Origin: Elusimicrobiota bacterium
GTDB taxonomy: Bacteria; Elusimicrobiota; Elusimicrobia; FEN-1173
Direction: 5' to 3'
DNA: 64,000 nt
Assembly (NCBI GenBank): GCA_016788905.1
Contig: JAEURZ010000008.1
Location: 25,494-89,493, forward strand
Shown: positions 35,893-45,376 of the stretch, piece by piece
Layout of the letters: the number at the start of each line of letters is the position of its first letter
Position numbering within the stretch: position 1 is the stretch's first letter
Notes under the pieces: model-generated
Databases searched by the model: none
Seen by the model: only the letters and a program-made list of their open reading frames with translations
What the model was told of the DNA's origin: nothing
Translations under genes and position numbers: made by a program

Positions 35893-35914
35893 GGGGGCCT
35901 GCGGGCCCCCTTTT
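35893..35914 (+). terminator. rho-independent terminator after the hsp20 pair
   Basis: GGGGGCC-TGCG-GGCCCCC is followed by TTTT. Confidence 0.75.
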
Positions 35915-35922
35915 GATATAAT
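35914..35922 (+). promoter_or_regulatory. extended -10 promoter element (TGaTATAAT) for hisD
   Basis: A perfect TATAAT at 35917-35922 is preceded by TGa. There is no -35 (that position is the terminator stem). The GTG start is 9 nt downstream. Confidence 0.5.
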
Positions 35923-35931
35923 CAAGTTCTC

Positions 35932-37104
35932 GTGCCCCTACAATCGAAAGTAACCTCTATCCTAAACGACATCCAAAAACGTGGAGATTCCGCGATCCAA
36001 GCAGCACTCCTGCGTTTTGATGGTGTGGATATTAAGCCCTCTGGTTGGAAGGTTCCTCTTGCACGGGCAAAGACAGCACTGAAAAATCTCGCTAGGGAAA
36101 AACGCCAGACCTTGGAGGTGTGTGCCAAAAGGATAAGGCTCTTTCATGAGGCGGAGCGCCGTCATTCGCCACGCTCCTGGCGGGAACGGGTGGCGGGGAC
36201 TGTTTTGGGGCAGGAGGTTCGGCCGGTGGAATCTGTCGGTGCCTATGTGCCGGGCGGGCGTTTTGCCTACCCCTCCACGGTTCTGATGACATGTATTCCC
36301 GCGCGTGTGGCGGGGGTGGGCCGTGTGGTCGTTTGCACGCCGCCGAAACACTTGACGGAGGAAGTCTTGGCCGCCTCCGTGTTGGCCGGAGTTGATGAGC
36401 TCTATCAAATCGGTGGCGTGGCCGCGGTGGGGGCGATGGCTTTTGGTACGAAAACAGTTCCCGGGGTGGATTTAATCGTTGGCCCTGGTGGGGCCTGGGT
36501 GACGGAGGCCAAACGACAAGTTTTTGGAAAAGTGGGTATCGACATGCTGGCGGGCCCCAGTGAGATTGTTATTCTCGCTGATCGATCCGTTCCGGCCGAA
36601 TGGCTGGCCGCGGACATGATGGCCCAAGCGGAGCATGACCCACTGGCCCGGGCCACATTGATTTCGTTAAACGCCGAGGTCCTCTCGCGAGTCCGGCGGG
36701 GGATCGCGCCTCTTTACCGAAAACAATGCCGTTTTTTTCAGGCGCGATCCTGGGCCATGGCTATGGAAGAGGCCAATCGTTTAGCGCCGGAACATTTTTC
36801 GTTAGCGGTGTCCTCTCCCTCTTTAATGCTTTCAATGGTTCGGAACGCGGGCGCAGTGTTTGTTGGGCCGTACTCTCCTGTGGCGGCGGGAGATTATTGG
36901 GCGGGGCCGTCCCATGTTCTTCCCACAGGGCGGTCCGCGCGTTTTTCATCAGGTCTGTCCCTTCAATCCTTTTTGAAACGCACGAGCGTTATAGAGATCC
37001 CTCCACGCGTCCTGGGGCAGGTGTCCCCGTTGATTGCGGGGTTTGCGGAGGCCGAAGGGCTGCGTTGCCACGCGGCGTCCGTGCGGGGTCGGGAGAAACC
37101 ATGA
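35932..37104 (+). CDS. hisD: histidinol dehydrogenase
   Basis: Motifs YVPGG, LYQIGG, IVGPGG, AGPSE and QAEHD. GTG is the only start-like codon after the in-frame TGA at 35914. Confidence 0.9.
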   Translation: MPLQSKVTSILNDIQKRGDSAIQAALLRFDGVDIKPSGWKVPLARAKTALKNLAREKRQTLEVCAKRIRLFHEAERRHSPRSWRERVAGTVLGQEVRPVESVGAYVPGGRFAYPSTVLMTCIPARVAGVGRVVVCTPPKHLTEEVLAASVLAGVDELYQIGGVAAVGAMAFGTKTVPGVDLIVGPGGAWVTEAKRQVFGKVGIDMLAGPSEIVILADRSVPAEWLAADMMAQAEHDPLARATLISLNAEVLSRVRRGIAPLYRKQCRFFQARSWAMAMEEANRLAPEHFSLAVSSPSLMLSMVRNAGAVFVGPYSPVAAGDYWAGPSHVLPTGRSARFSSGLSLQSFLKRTSVIEIPPRVLGQVSPLIAGFAEAEGLRCHAASVRGREKP

Positions 37105-37733
37105 AAAAGCGAGCGGCTGAACGAAATCGAATCACTTCGGAGACCAAGGTGAAGGTGACCTTGGGACTGGATGGTCCCGGGAAATATCACGTTCAAACAA
37201 CGATCCCCTTTCTTGACCACATGCTGGAACTCTTTGCCAAGCACGGGAACTTTGCTCTGACGGTTGACGCCCGGGGCGATACGCACATTGACGATCACCA
37301 TCTGGTGGAAGACATTGGACTGGCTCTGGGCGAAGTCTTGGGGGAAGCTCTCGGCGAAAAACGTGGCATCACCCGTTACGGGCAGGCCCTGAAAATCGGG
37401 ACGGACGGTCGTGGCCTTGGGCGGGCCCTCACGCCCATGGACGAAACGGTTTCTTACGTCGCGCTCGATCTTTCCGGGCGGCCGGCTTTTGATTTTAAAG
37501 TTAAATTCAGGGTGCAAAATAAGGCCCCCTTTTGTTTTGAACTGTTGGAAGATTTTTTCCAGGCTTTGGCCATGACGGCCAAGATGAATCTGCACATCAA
37601 ATTGCTCCAGGGGCGAAATAATCATCACATCGCGGAATCCCTTTTTAAAGGGTTTGGACGAGCGTTGGCCCAAGCGGTGACAATCGATCCGCGGCGGGTG
37701 GCCTCTGTCCCTTCGACAAAAGGAATCCTTTGA
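37101..37733 (+). CDS. hisB: imidazoleglycerol-phosphate dehydratase
   Basis: Motifs RITSETKV, FLDHML, DDHH-x-VED and NNHHI-x-ES. ATGA overlap with hisD. Confidence 0.95.
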   Translation: MKKRAAERNRITSETKVKVTLGLDGPGKYHVQTTIPFLDHMLELFAKHGNFALTVDARGDTHIDDHHLVEDIGLALGEVLGEALGEKRGITRYGQALKIGTDGRGLGRALTPMDETVSYVALDLSGRPAFDFKVKFRVQNKAPFCFELLEDFFQALAMTAKMNLHIKLLQGRNNHHIAESLFKGFGRALAQAVTIDPRRVASVPSTKGIL

Positions 37734-37734
37734 A

Positions 37735-38376
37735 ATGAAAGGGCCCGTAGGTGTTCTTGACTACGGGATGGGGAACCTGCGTTCCGTTGAAAAAGCGCTG
37801 ATTCATTCGGGGGCCAAAGCGTTCGTCTCCGATGATCCCCACGCTTTGAGCCAGGCCGCTCTTTTGGTGGTCCCTGGGGTCGGGGCATTCGACGCGGCGA
37901 TGACGGTCTTACGCAAAAAAAAATTGGATCGTTTTATCCAGGATTGGGTGAACAAGGACCGTCCTTATCTTGGAATTTGTCTTGGGCTTCAACTGCTTTT
38001 TGAATCGAGCGAAGAGGCTCCCGGCAAAAAAGGACTGGGGGTGTTGAAAGGAAAGGTGGTGAAGTTTCGTTTGGCCGATCGCCGATTGAAAGTCCCCCAT
38101 ATGGGGTGGAACGAAGTCCATCCCAAAAAAAATGCGGCGGGGTGTTGGAAAAAAGTCCTGACCCGAAAGGACTACTTTTATTTTGTTCATTCGTATCTGG
38201 CCCGTCCAACGGATCCTGCTTTGGTTTGGACAAACACACCCTACGCGGGTGAATTTTGTTCGGCCGTGGCTCGAGGGAATCTTTTGGCCACGCAGTTTCA
38301 TCCGGAAAAAAGCGGCCCCACAGGCCTTCGTTTCTTGAGAGAAGTCTTAAAGAGTGTTTCTTTAAACCCGAGGTGA
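37735..38376 (+). CDS. hisH: imidazole glycerol phosphate synthase, glutamine amidotransferase subunit
   Basis: Motifs GMGNLRSV, GICLGLQLL (catalytic Cys) and QFHPEKS. Confidence 0.95.
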   Translation: MKGPVGVLDYGMGNLRSVEKALIHSGAKAFVSDDPHALSQAALLVVPGVGAFDAAMTVLRKKKLDRFIQDWVNKDRPYLGICLGLQLLFESSEEAPGKKGLGVLKGKVVKFRLADRRLKVPHMGWNEVHPKKNAAGCWKKVLTRKDYFYFVHSYLARPTDPALVWTNTPYAGEFCSAVARGNLLATQFHPEKSGPTGLRFLREVLKSVSLNPR

Positions 38377-38379
38377 CCT

Positions 38380-39102
38380 ATGCTCGTTATTCCCGCCATT
38401 GATATTAAAGCCGGATCCGTCGTTCGTTTGGTTCACGGAGACCCGAAACAGCAGACGACGTACTCTTCCGATCCTGTGGAAGTCGCCAAGCAGTGGGTGG
38501 CCCAAGGGGCGCAACGCCTTCATGTGGTGGACCTGGACGGTGCTTTCAGCGGTCAAGCCGCCAACCTGGATCTTTTATTTCGAATTAAAGACGCGGTCAA
38601 TGTGGTGGTTCAGTTCGGGGGTGGACTTCGGGATCCAGAATCGGTGCGAAAAGTTTTAGAAAAGGGGGTGGGCCGGGCGATTGTGGGGACCGCAATTCTT
38701 AAATTCCCTCAGTGGATCAAATCGGCGATTGCCGAGTTCCCCGGTCGATTGATGGCCTCCCTCGATGCGGTGAACGGTGAAGTCATGATCGAAGGCTGGC
38801 AGGCGGATTCGGGGCATAGTTTGGCCGACGCCATCAAGACCATTGATCAGTTGGGGTTTCGGGAACTCGTTTACACGGACATCAAGCAGGACGGGACCTT
38901 GAAAGGCCCCAACTTGAAATCGATTGAAGACGTTTTGGGCATGACCCATATGGGCGTTTATGCTTCGGGGGGTATTTCTGGGCTAGCGGACATCCAGGCG
39001 TTAAAGAATTTAGAAGCCAAGGGTCTCCGAGGTTGTATTTTGGGGAAGGCACTTTACGCGGGCAAAGTTACCTTGCCCGAGGCTCTCGCCGCCGCGCGTT
39101 AG
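38380..39102 (+). CDS. hisA: 1-(5-phosphoribosyl)-5-[(5-phosphoribosylamino)methylideneamino]imidazole-4-carboxamide isomerase
   Basis: Motifs IPAIDI, LHVVDLDGA and YTDI-x-x-DGT-x-x-GPN, with the gene in the hisA position. Confidence 0.9.
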   Translation: MLVIPAIDIKAGSVVRLVHGDPKQQTTYSSDPVEVAKQWVAQGAQRLHVVDLDGAFSGQAANLDLLFRIKDAVNVVVQFGGGLRDPESVRKVLEKGVGRAIVGTAILKFPQWIKSAIAEFPGRLMASLDAVNGEVMIEGWQADSGHSLADAIKTIDQLGFRELVYTDIKQDGTLKGPNLKSIEDVLGMTHMGVYASGGISGLADIQALKNLEAKGLRGCILGKALYAGKVTLPEALAAAR

Positions 39103-39936
39103 ATGGGGAAAAAGATTCGTTCCTCCTCCCCGCGAAAAAAAATCCCGAGTATCGTTTTCGGGAATTCGGGGCTCACGCGCCGAATCATTCCCTGCCTGGA
39201 CGTCAACGCGGGGCGGGTGGTTAAAGGTACGAAGTTTGTTCACTTGAGGGACGCGGGCGATCCCGTGGCGGTGGCTGAGCGCTACAATCGGGAGGGGGCT
39301 GACGAAGTGGTGTTTCTCGACATCACGGCGTCTTCCGACCAGCGGCCGATCCTTTTGGATGTGGTGCGGCGAACGGCGGAAACGGTATTCATCCCGTTAA
39401 CAGTGGGCGGGGGGGTTCGCCGGTTGGAAGACATTCGCCTTCTTTTGAACGCCGGGGCAGACAAAGTTTCGATTAACACGGCCGGTGTTCTACGCCCCGG
39501 TTTTTTTGGAGAAGCGTCCAAGCGGTTCGGCGCCCAATGTGTTGTGGCGGCGATAGACGCCAAGCGGCATGGAAAAGGGTGGGAAGTTTTTATCCATGGG
39601 GGGCGTACGCCAACGGGTCGTGACCTGGTGGCTTGGGCTCGGGAAGTGGAACGGCGCGGAGCGGGAGAACTATTGTTGACGAGCATGGACGCGGATGGGA
39701 CGAAGGCCGGGTATGATGTGGCAATGTTGGCGGCGGTATCGAAAGCGGTGAGAATTCCGGTCATTGCTTCGGGCGGGGCTGGGAAGGTCGATCATTTTTT
39801 TGACGCGTTTCAGGCGGGGGCCGACGCGGCTTTGGCCGCCTCGCTGTTTCACTTTAAAGAATTAGAAATTCATCATCTGAAACACGGTTTGCGCCGTCGT
39901 GGCGTACCCATACGAATGGAAAGGAGGGCATCATGA
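39103..39936 (+). CDS. hisF: imidazole glycerol phosphate synthase cyclase subunit
   Basis: Motifs [26 protein letters not shown] and ASGGAG. The only ATG gives a ~24-aa basic N-terminal extension. Confidence 0.9.
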   Translation: MGKKIRSSSPRKKIPSIVFGNSGLTRRIIPCLDVNAGRVVKGTKFVHLRDAGDPVAVAERYNREGADEVVFLDITASSDQRPILLDVVRRTAETVFIPLTVGGGVRRLEDIRLLLNAGADKVSINTAGVLRPGFFGEASKRFGAQCVVAAIDAKRHGKGWEVFIHGGRTPTGRDLVAWAREVERRGAGELLLTSMDADGTKAGYDVAMLAAVSKAVRIPVIASGGAGKVDHFFDAFQAGADAALAASLFHFKELEIHHLKHGLRRRGVPIRMERRAS

Positions 39937-40328
39937 ATATCCCCGACTGGATGAACGAGGTTAAATACGATGACAGGGGATTGGTCCCTGCGGTGGTTCA
40001 GGACGATAAAGATGGAACGGTGTTGATGGTGGCGTACATGAACCGGGAATCTCTGTTGGAATCCTTAGATCGCCGTCGGGGTGTTTTCTTTAGTCGGTCC
40101 CGCAACAAGTTATGGCGAAAAGGGGAGGAGAGCGGTAACCATCAAGAGATCCGATCCATCGCGTTGGACTGTGACAAAGATTGTGTTCTTATTCGGGTTC
40201 ATCAGGTGGGCGGAGCGGCTTGTCACACGGGGCGGAAATCTTGTTTTTTCCATCAAGTGACGTCCGAAAACCTTTTGGAAACCACCGGTGAAATTCTATT
40301 CGATCCTGCGAAGGTCTATAAGAAATAA
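39933..40328 (+). CDS. hisI: phosphoribosyl-AMP cyclohydrolase
   Basis: Motifs [22 protein letters not shown]-x-KGE-x-SG and ACHTG-x-x-SCF. There is no HisE domain. Confidence 0.9.
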   Translation: MNIPDWMNEVKYDDRGLVPAVVQDDKDGTVLMVAYMNRESLLESLDRRRGVFFSRSRNKLWRKGEESGNHQEIRSIALDCDKDCVLIRVHQVGGAACHTGRKSCFFHQVTSENLLETTGEILFDPAKVYKK

Positions 40329-40331
40329 CCC

Positions 40332-40838
40332 ATGGCGCGGGTCTTCTTTTTGGTCGCGTTGGGGTTAGGCGGGGCGTTTTTTCTGCGGACATTTGCTTTT
40401 GAGCGGATCGAAATTGTTTCGGGTTCCATGGAGCCCGCCCTGCCTGTAGGGGCCCGTGTGATGGTAAACAAGCTGGCTTACGTCTTCCACCCTCCTGAAC
40501 GGGGGGATATTGTGACCTTTCTATCGCCGAAAGGGGAAAAAGGTTTGGTGAAACGCGTTGTGGCGGTGGGGGGAGACAATGTTCGTGTGGTCAAAAAAAA
40601 AGTTGTTTTAAATGGAAAGCCGCTTGAAGAACCTTACGTGAAACACACTCGCCCGAACGAGCTTTTAAAGGGAGACGATTTCAATATGGGGAAGGTCCCT
40701 TCAGGGTTTGTGGTGGTCATGGGGGATAATCGGGACGAATCCGGTGACAGTCGGGATTGGAAAGGGACGGTCACAGGTCTCCCCACTCCTTTCGTTTCCC
40801 AAAAAGCCATTGAAGGGAAACTGATGGTTAACCCATGA
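40332..40838 (+). CDS. lepB: signal peptidase I
   Basis: SGSMEP (catalytic Ser), VKRVVAVGGD (Lys) and GDNRDES-x-DSR. Confidence 0.9.
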   Translation: MARVFFLVALGLGGAFFLRTFAFERIEIVSGSMEPALPVGARVMVNKLAYVFHPPERGDIVTFLSPKGEKGLVKRVVAVGGDNVRVVKKKVVLNGKPLEEPYVKHTRPNELLKGDDFNMGKVPSGFVVVMGDNRDESGDSRDWKGTVTGLPTPFVSQKAIEGKLMVNP

Positions 40839-42295
40839 TCTATCCATCACTTACCGAATTTAAGTCGTTGGCAAGAAAACATTCTCTGGTCCCTGTTTGG
40901 GTGGAATGTCCCGGGGATGAAGTGACACCCTTGGCCCTTTTTCATGCGCTCTACGCCCAAAGTCCCCAATGTTTTCTCTTGGAAAGCGTGGAAGGGGGGG
41001 AACATTTGGGGCGGTATTCCTTTGCGGCTTTTGAGCCCAGCGTTGTCCTGCGCTCGAAAACGGTGACTTCCCCTATTCCCACTCCCCAAGGGGTTGGACC
41101 TCTGGAAGCGTTGCGGGTTGCGCTGGCCCATCGACGGGCGCCAGAAGTTCGGGGGCTTCCCCGGTTTTATGGCGGGGCTGTGGGATTTACCAGCTACGAT
41201 ATCCTTCGTCATTTTGAGCGATTGCCTTCCCGAACCAAAGATGTTTTGGGTGTTCCGGATTTCGTTTTCATGTTAACGGGGGACATGTTTATCTTTGATC
41301 ATGTGGCCCATACCATCCGTCTGGTGCGCACGGTGGCGATCCCGCGAGGGGCTTCCGCCGAAAAAATACATCGGAGAGCCGGCCGCGAATTGGTGGAAAA
41401 GCTTTCCCGTCTCCGTCCCACGCCGGCCCCCTTGACGCCCCTGGCCAGGGCCGAACGGAAGCCCTTGGCTTATTCTTTGGAAGATCGGCGTCGTTTCGAA
41501 AGCGGTGTGCGATTGGCAAAAAAATACATCAACGCGGGGGATATTATTCAGGTGGTTCCCTCGCGCCGGGTGACGCGACAGGTGAAAGCTCACCCTTTAG
41601 AAATATACCGAGCTCTTAGACGGGTGAACCCCTCCCCCTATATGTACTTCTTTCGGGACGGGGAGACCCATGTCATTGGTTCAAGCCCTGAAATGCTTGT
41701 GCGGTTGGACGATGGTGTTGCGGAAACCCGCCCCATTGCCGGAACCCGACCTCGGGGAACCACGCCAGAAGCCGACGACCGGCTGGCCCAACAGCTTTTG
41801 GCGGATCCCAAAGAGCGGGCGGAACATCTGATGCTGGTGGATTTAGCCCGAAACGATTTGGGGCGAGTGTCCCGCAACGGGTCGGTCCGTGTTTCGGATT
41901 TCATGGGGATAGAGCGTTACAGTCATGTGATGCACATCGTTTCCAAAGTCACGAGTCGCCTTCTCCCCCACCACGACGCCTTTGATTTATTTCGGGCGGT
42001 ATTTCCCGCGGGGACGCTTTCGGGGGCGCCCAAAATTAGGGCAACGGAAATCATTGAAGAACTTGAATCCACACGGAGAGGTCTCTATGGGGGAGCCGTG
42101 GGCTATTTTTCGTACACGGGGAATATGGACATGGCCATCGCCATACGAACCATCTTGATGCAAAAAAACAGGGTGCACCTGCAGGCCGGCGCGGGCATCG
42201 TGGCCGATTCCGTTCCTGTGAAAGAGTTTGATGAAACACAAAGTAAAATGGCGGCACTCGTCGCCGCCCTTCGCTTGGCGGGAGAAAAAATTTGA
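40835..42295 (+). CDS. trpE: anthranilate synthase component I
   Basis: Chorismate-binding motifs (SSPE, RPRG, GTLSGAPK, GGAVGY, IRT). Confidence 0.95.
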   Translation: MIYPSLTEFKSLARKHSLVPVWVECPGDEVTPLALFHALYAQSPQCFLLESVEGGEHLGRYSFAAFEPSVVLRSKTVTSPIPTPQGVGPLEALRVALAHRRAPEVRGLPRFYGGAVGFTSYDILRHFERLPSRTKDVLGVPDFVFMLTGDMFIFDHVAHTIRLVRTVAIPRGASAEKIHRRAGRELVEKLSRLRPTPAPLTPLARAERKPLAYSLEDRRRFESGVRLAKKYINAGDIIQVVPSRRVTRQVKAHPLEIYRALRRVNPSPYMYFFRDGETHVIGSSPEMLVRLDDGVAETRPIAGTRPRGTTPEADDRLAQQLLADPKERAEHLMLVDLARNDLGRVSRNGSVRVSDFMGIERYSHVMHIVSKVTSRLLPHHDAFDLFRAVFPAGTLSGAPKIRATEIIEELESTRRGLYGGAVGYFSYTGNMDMAIAIRTILMQKNRVHLQAGAGIVADSVPVKEFDETQSKMAALVAALRLAGEKI

Positions 42296-42867
42296 TTTTG
42301 GTCATTGATAACTACGATTCTTTTACCTATAACTTGGTTCAATATCTTGGGGAACTGGGAGAAAAGGTTCTTGTGGTCCGGAACGATGAAATTTCCGCCG
42401 CAGACGTGGGGCGACTGAACCCCACGCACCTTTTGGTTTCTCCGGGGCCGTGTACGCCAAAACAGGCAGGGATATCGGTGGGTGTTATTCGGCTTTACGC
42501 GGGGAAATTGCCTGTTTTTGGGGTTTGTCTCGGCCATCAATCTCTGGGGGTCGCTTTCGGCGGAAAAATTGTTCGGGCCAAAAAATTAATGCACGGAAAA
42601 ACATCCCAGATTTCTCATGATGGGAAGGGGTTGTTCAAGGGGTTGAAAAACCCCTTTACCGCAACCCGATACCATTCCCTGGTCATTGAAAAGAAGACCT
42701 GCCCAAAAGAGTTGATCGTTACAGCGACCAGTGAAGACGGGGAGATTATGGGGGTTCGGCATCGACGTCTCCCCGCTTTGGAAGGGGTGCAATTTCACCC
42801 GGAAAGCGTTTTGACGGTGGGAGGAATGGATTTGCTGCGTAACTTTCTTCGGATGAGAGTGAAATGA
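42292..42867 (+). CDS. trpG: anthranilate synthase component II (glutamine amidotransferase)
   Basis: Motifs ILVIDNYDSFTYNL, GVCLGHQ and QFHPES. The TTG start overlaps the trpE stop. Confidence 0.9.
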   Translation: MILVIDNYDSFTYNLVQYLGELGEKVLVVRNDEISAADVGRLNPTHLLVSPGPCTPKQAGISVGVIRLYAGKLPVFGVCLGHQSLGVAFGGKIVRAKKLMHGKTSQISHDGKGLFKGLKNPFTATRYHSLVIEKKTCPKELIVTATSEDGEIMGVRHRRLPALEGVQFHPESVLTVGGMDLLRNFLRMRVK

Positions 42868-43901
42868 TTCAAGGAGCCTTGTCAAAACTGGTGGAGAACC
42901 AGAACCTGACTTTTGAGGAGGTCCGGGAATCCGTATCCGAAATATTGACAGGGGGCGCGACGCCCAGCCAAGTCGCCGGTTTTTTAGTGGCGCTGCGAAT
43001 GAAGGGGGAGACCGTTTCTGAAATTGCCGGGGCGGCGGAAGCCATGCGGGGAGCCGGGACCCGCATCACCCTTTCTCCTGGATCTGTGGTGGTGGATACC
43101 TGCGGAACAGGTGGAGACAAACGAGGGACCTTTAATATTTCAACCGGCGCGGCGTTTGTGGTGGCGGGCGCTGGGTTTACAGTGGCCAAACACGGGAACC
43201 GTTCCGTCTCGTCTTCCTGTGGAAGCGCCGATGTTTTGGAGGCTTTAGGTGTTAAAATCGATCCGCCGGTTTCTGTGGTGGAGCGGTGTCTTAAGGAGAT
43301 TGGGATCGGGTTCCTGTTCGCCCCATCGTTTCACCCAGCCATGAAACACGCCATGCCTGTTCGCCGGGAGTTGGGGATTCGAACGGTTTTTAATTTGGTG
43401 GGACCTCTCACGAATCCCGCGGGGGCGAATGCCCAAGTGATTGGGGTTTATTCCGAAGCGATGGTGGAGGTTGTGGCCCGGGTTTTGGTCCGCCTGGGCA
43501 CGCGCCATTCCCTTGTGGTTCATGGGGCCGGTCATGATGAAATTACGTTGTTCGGAAAAACGAGTGTCATGGAAATCGTGAATGGACGTCTTCGTAAAAA
43601 AACGCTAACTCCCGCTGATTTCGGATTTCGACGTCATCGTCCTTCTGATTTGTGCGGGGGGAACAAAAAGGACAATGCGGAGATCCTTCGGCAGGTCTTA
43701 ACGGGGCACCCAGGGGCTCCCCGGGACGCGGTGGTGGCCAACGCATCCGCCGCCCTTTTGGTGGCGTGCCGTGCGGCGGGGCGTTCCGAAGTAAAAACCT
43801 TACGGCAGGCACGTCTTGTGGCGGAACGATCCATCGATTGCGGTGCGGCCAAAGAAAAGTTGGATCAACTCGTTTCGCTCAGCCGATCGGACGCTCCGTG
43901 A
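42864..43901 (+). CDS. trpD: anthranilate phosphoribosyltransferase
   Basis: Motifs CGTGGD, KHGNRS and FNLVGPLTNP. Confidence 0.95.
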   Translation: MIQGALSKLVENQNLTFEEVRESVSEILTGGATPSQVAGFLVALRMKGETVSEIAGAAEAMRGAGTRITLSPGSVVVDTCGTGGDKRGTFNISTGAAFVVAGAGFTVAKHGNRSVSSSCGSADVLEALGVKIDPPVSVVERCLKEIGIGFLFAPSFHPAMKHAMPVRRELGIRTVFNLVGPLTNPAGANAQVIGVYSEAMVEVVARVLVRLGTRHSLVVHGAGHDEITLFGKTSVMEIVNGRLRKKTLTPADFGFRRHRPSDLCGGNKKDNAEILRQVLTGHPGAPRDAVVANASAALLVACRAAGRSEVKTLRQARLVAERSIDCGAAKEKLDQLVSLSRSDAP

Positions 43902-44698
43902 ATCGCGTTCTTGAAAAAATAGTTTATGAGACACGGATGGACTTAGCCCAAAGGCGAATTTCCATCCCATTAAGTAAAATGGAAAAAATGGCCAGTCGAT
44001 CGCCTAAAACCCGATCGTTTTCCGCCGCTTTGAAAACGGCGGGCGTAAGTCTCATTGCCGAATTGAAGGCCAAAAGCCCATCGGCGGGAGTGATTCGAAA
44101 AAACTTTGATGTAACGGTTGGGGCGAAGACCTACGCCCGGGCGGGTGCCCGGGCCCTTTCCATCCTCACTGAACCGCGATTTTTCGGAGGGAAACTCGAG
44201 CATCTTCGTCTTGCGCGAAAGGCCACGGGGGTGCCCCTTCTTAGAAAAGATTTTATTGTGGATCCTTATCAGGTGGTTGAATCGCGGGTCTATGGGGCCG
44301 ACGCCATTCTCCTCATCGTCCGGCTTTTAACCGATTGGGAATTGGTGGTTTTGTCTGGATTGGCCCGAGATTTTGGAATGGATGCGTTGGTGGAGACCCA
44401 TAACGCCAACGACATGACCCGAGCGAAAATGATGGGCGCTCTATTAATCGGAATCAACAGCCGTAACCTGGACACGTTGGCGATGGACCCCAAAACCTTT
44501 GAACGTCTCATGCCCCTGGTCCCGGAGGGAAGTGTTTGTGTGGCGGAAAGCGGTTTGAAGGCACCGGCCGATGTCCGCCGGATCGCTGGGCTCGGAATGG
44601 ACGCCATGTTGGTGGGGGAATCTCTCTTAAAACAAAAAGATCTTGAATCCGCGGCCCGAACATTGGTGGCCGCTGGAAAGGATGATTATGTCAACTAA
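43898..44698 (+). CDS. trpC: indole-3-glycerol phosphate synthase
   Basis: The GTG at 43898 overlaps the trpD stop (GTGA). Motifs IAELKAKSPS, LRKDF and GINSRNL. The track start at 43652 is an extension into trpD. Confidence 0.9.
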   Translation: MNRVLEKIVYETRMDLAQRRISIPLSKMEKMASRSPKTRSFSAALKTAGVSLIAELKAKSPSAGVIRKNFDVTVGAKTYARAGARALSILTEPRFFGGKLEHLRLARKATGVPLLRKDFIVDPYQVVESRVYGADAILLIVRLLTDWELVVLSGLARDFGMDALVETHNANDMTRAKMMGALLIGINSRNLDTLAMDPKTFERLMPLVPEGSVCVAESGLKAPADVRRIAGLGMDAMLVGESLLKQKDLESAARTLVAAGKDDYVN

Positions 44699-45323
44699 AG
44701 TGAAAATCTGTGGTATAACCAACGAGGAAGACGCCACCTGGGCGGTAAATATAGGCGCCCATTTCATTGGCTTGAATTTTCATAAAGAAAGTCCGCGGAA
44801 AGTGTCCCCAGATCTCGCGGCTCGCATCGCTTCAAAAGTTCCGTCGTTTGTCCCGACCGTTGGCGTTTTTGTTGAACAAAGTGCGGCGGACATTATCAAG
44901 ATCGCCAAAAAAGTCGGGCTGGCCGGTATTCAGCTACACGGAAACCAAACGGTGGAGGAGTGTGAGGCCATCACCAATGAGCTGGAAGTTTTTTTAATCA
45001 AAGCTGTTCGCGCGGCCAATGAATCCGACCTCGACACTCTCTCGTCCTATAAGCACATCGTTCACTACGTTCTTCTGGACGCACGCGTGGAAGGCCAAAT
45101 GGGCGGAACAGGACAAACGTTTCCTTGGGACTTAGCCACAAGAGCCAAGGTCTTTGGAAAACCTCTTTTTATCGCGGGAGGGCTCAACGCCGAAAATGTG
45201 GCCGAAGCCATAGAAGCCACCCAGCCGTTCGCTGTCGACGTTGCCAGCGGAGTCGAAAAATCCCCCAAACGAAAGGATTTCGAGAAAATGAAGCGATTTT
45301 TAGAAACCGTGAAATATGCCTAA
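44688..45323 (+). CDS. trpF: phosphoribosylanthranilate isomerase
   Basis: VKICGIT and GGTG-x-x-F-x-W. ATG 44688 has a GGAAAGGA Shine-Dalgarno sequence. Alternative ATG at 44682. Confidence 0.9.
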   Translation: MSTKVKICGITNEEDATWAVNIGAHFIGLNFHKESPRKVSPDLAARIASKVPSFVPTVGVFVEQSAADIIKIAKKVGLAGIQLHGNQTVEECEAITNELEVFLIKAVRAANESDLDTLSSYKHIVHYVLLDARVEGQMGGTGQTFPWDLATRAKVFGKPLFIAGGLNAENVAEAIEATQPFAVDVASGVEKSPKRKDFEKMKRFLETVKYA

Positions 45324-45376
45324 CTCAAGGGACGCTCTTCTACGAGTCGCTGGGTTGAACGATTTTTTCTGCCCGG

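Noticed and set aside
36963-37673. 236-aa minus-strand ORF antisense to hisB.
   Set aside because: hisB on the plus strand has unambiguous motifs. The antisense product has no recognisable features and no Shine-Dalgarno sequence.
39103-39177. Basic Lys/Arg/Ser-rich ~24-aa N-terminal extension of HisF as a possible extra domain or mis-start.
   Set aside because: There is no alternative start codon before the conserved RIIPCLDV, and the ATG directly follows the hisA stop. It is probably just a lineage-specific tail and not worth a separate finding.
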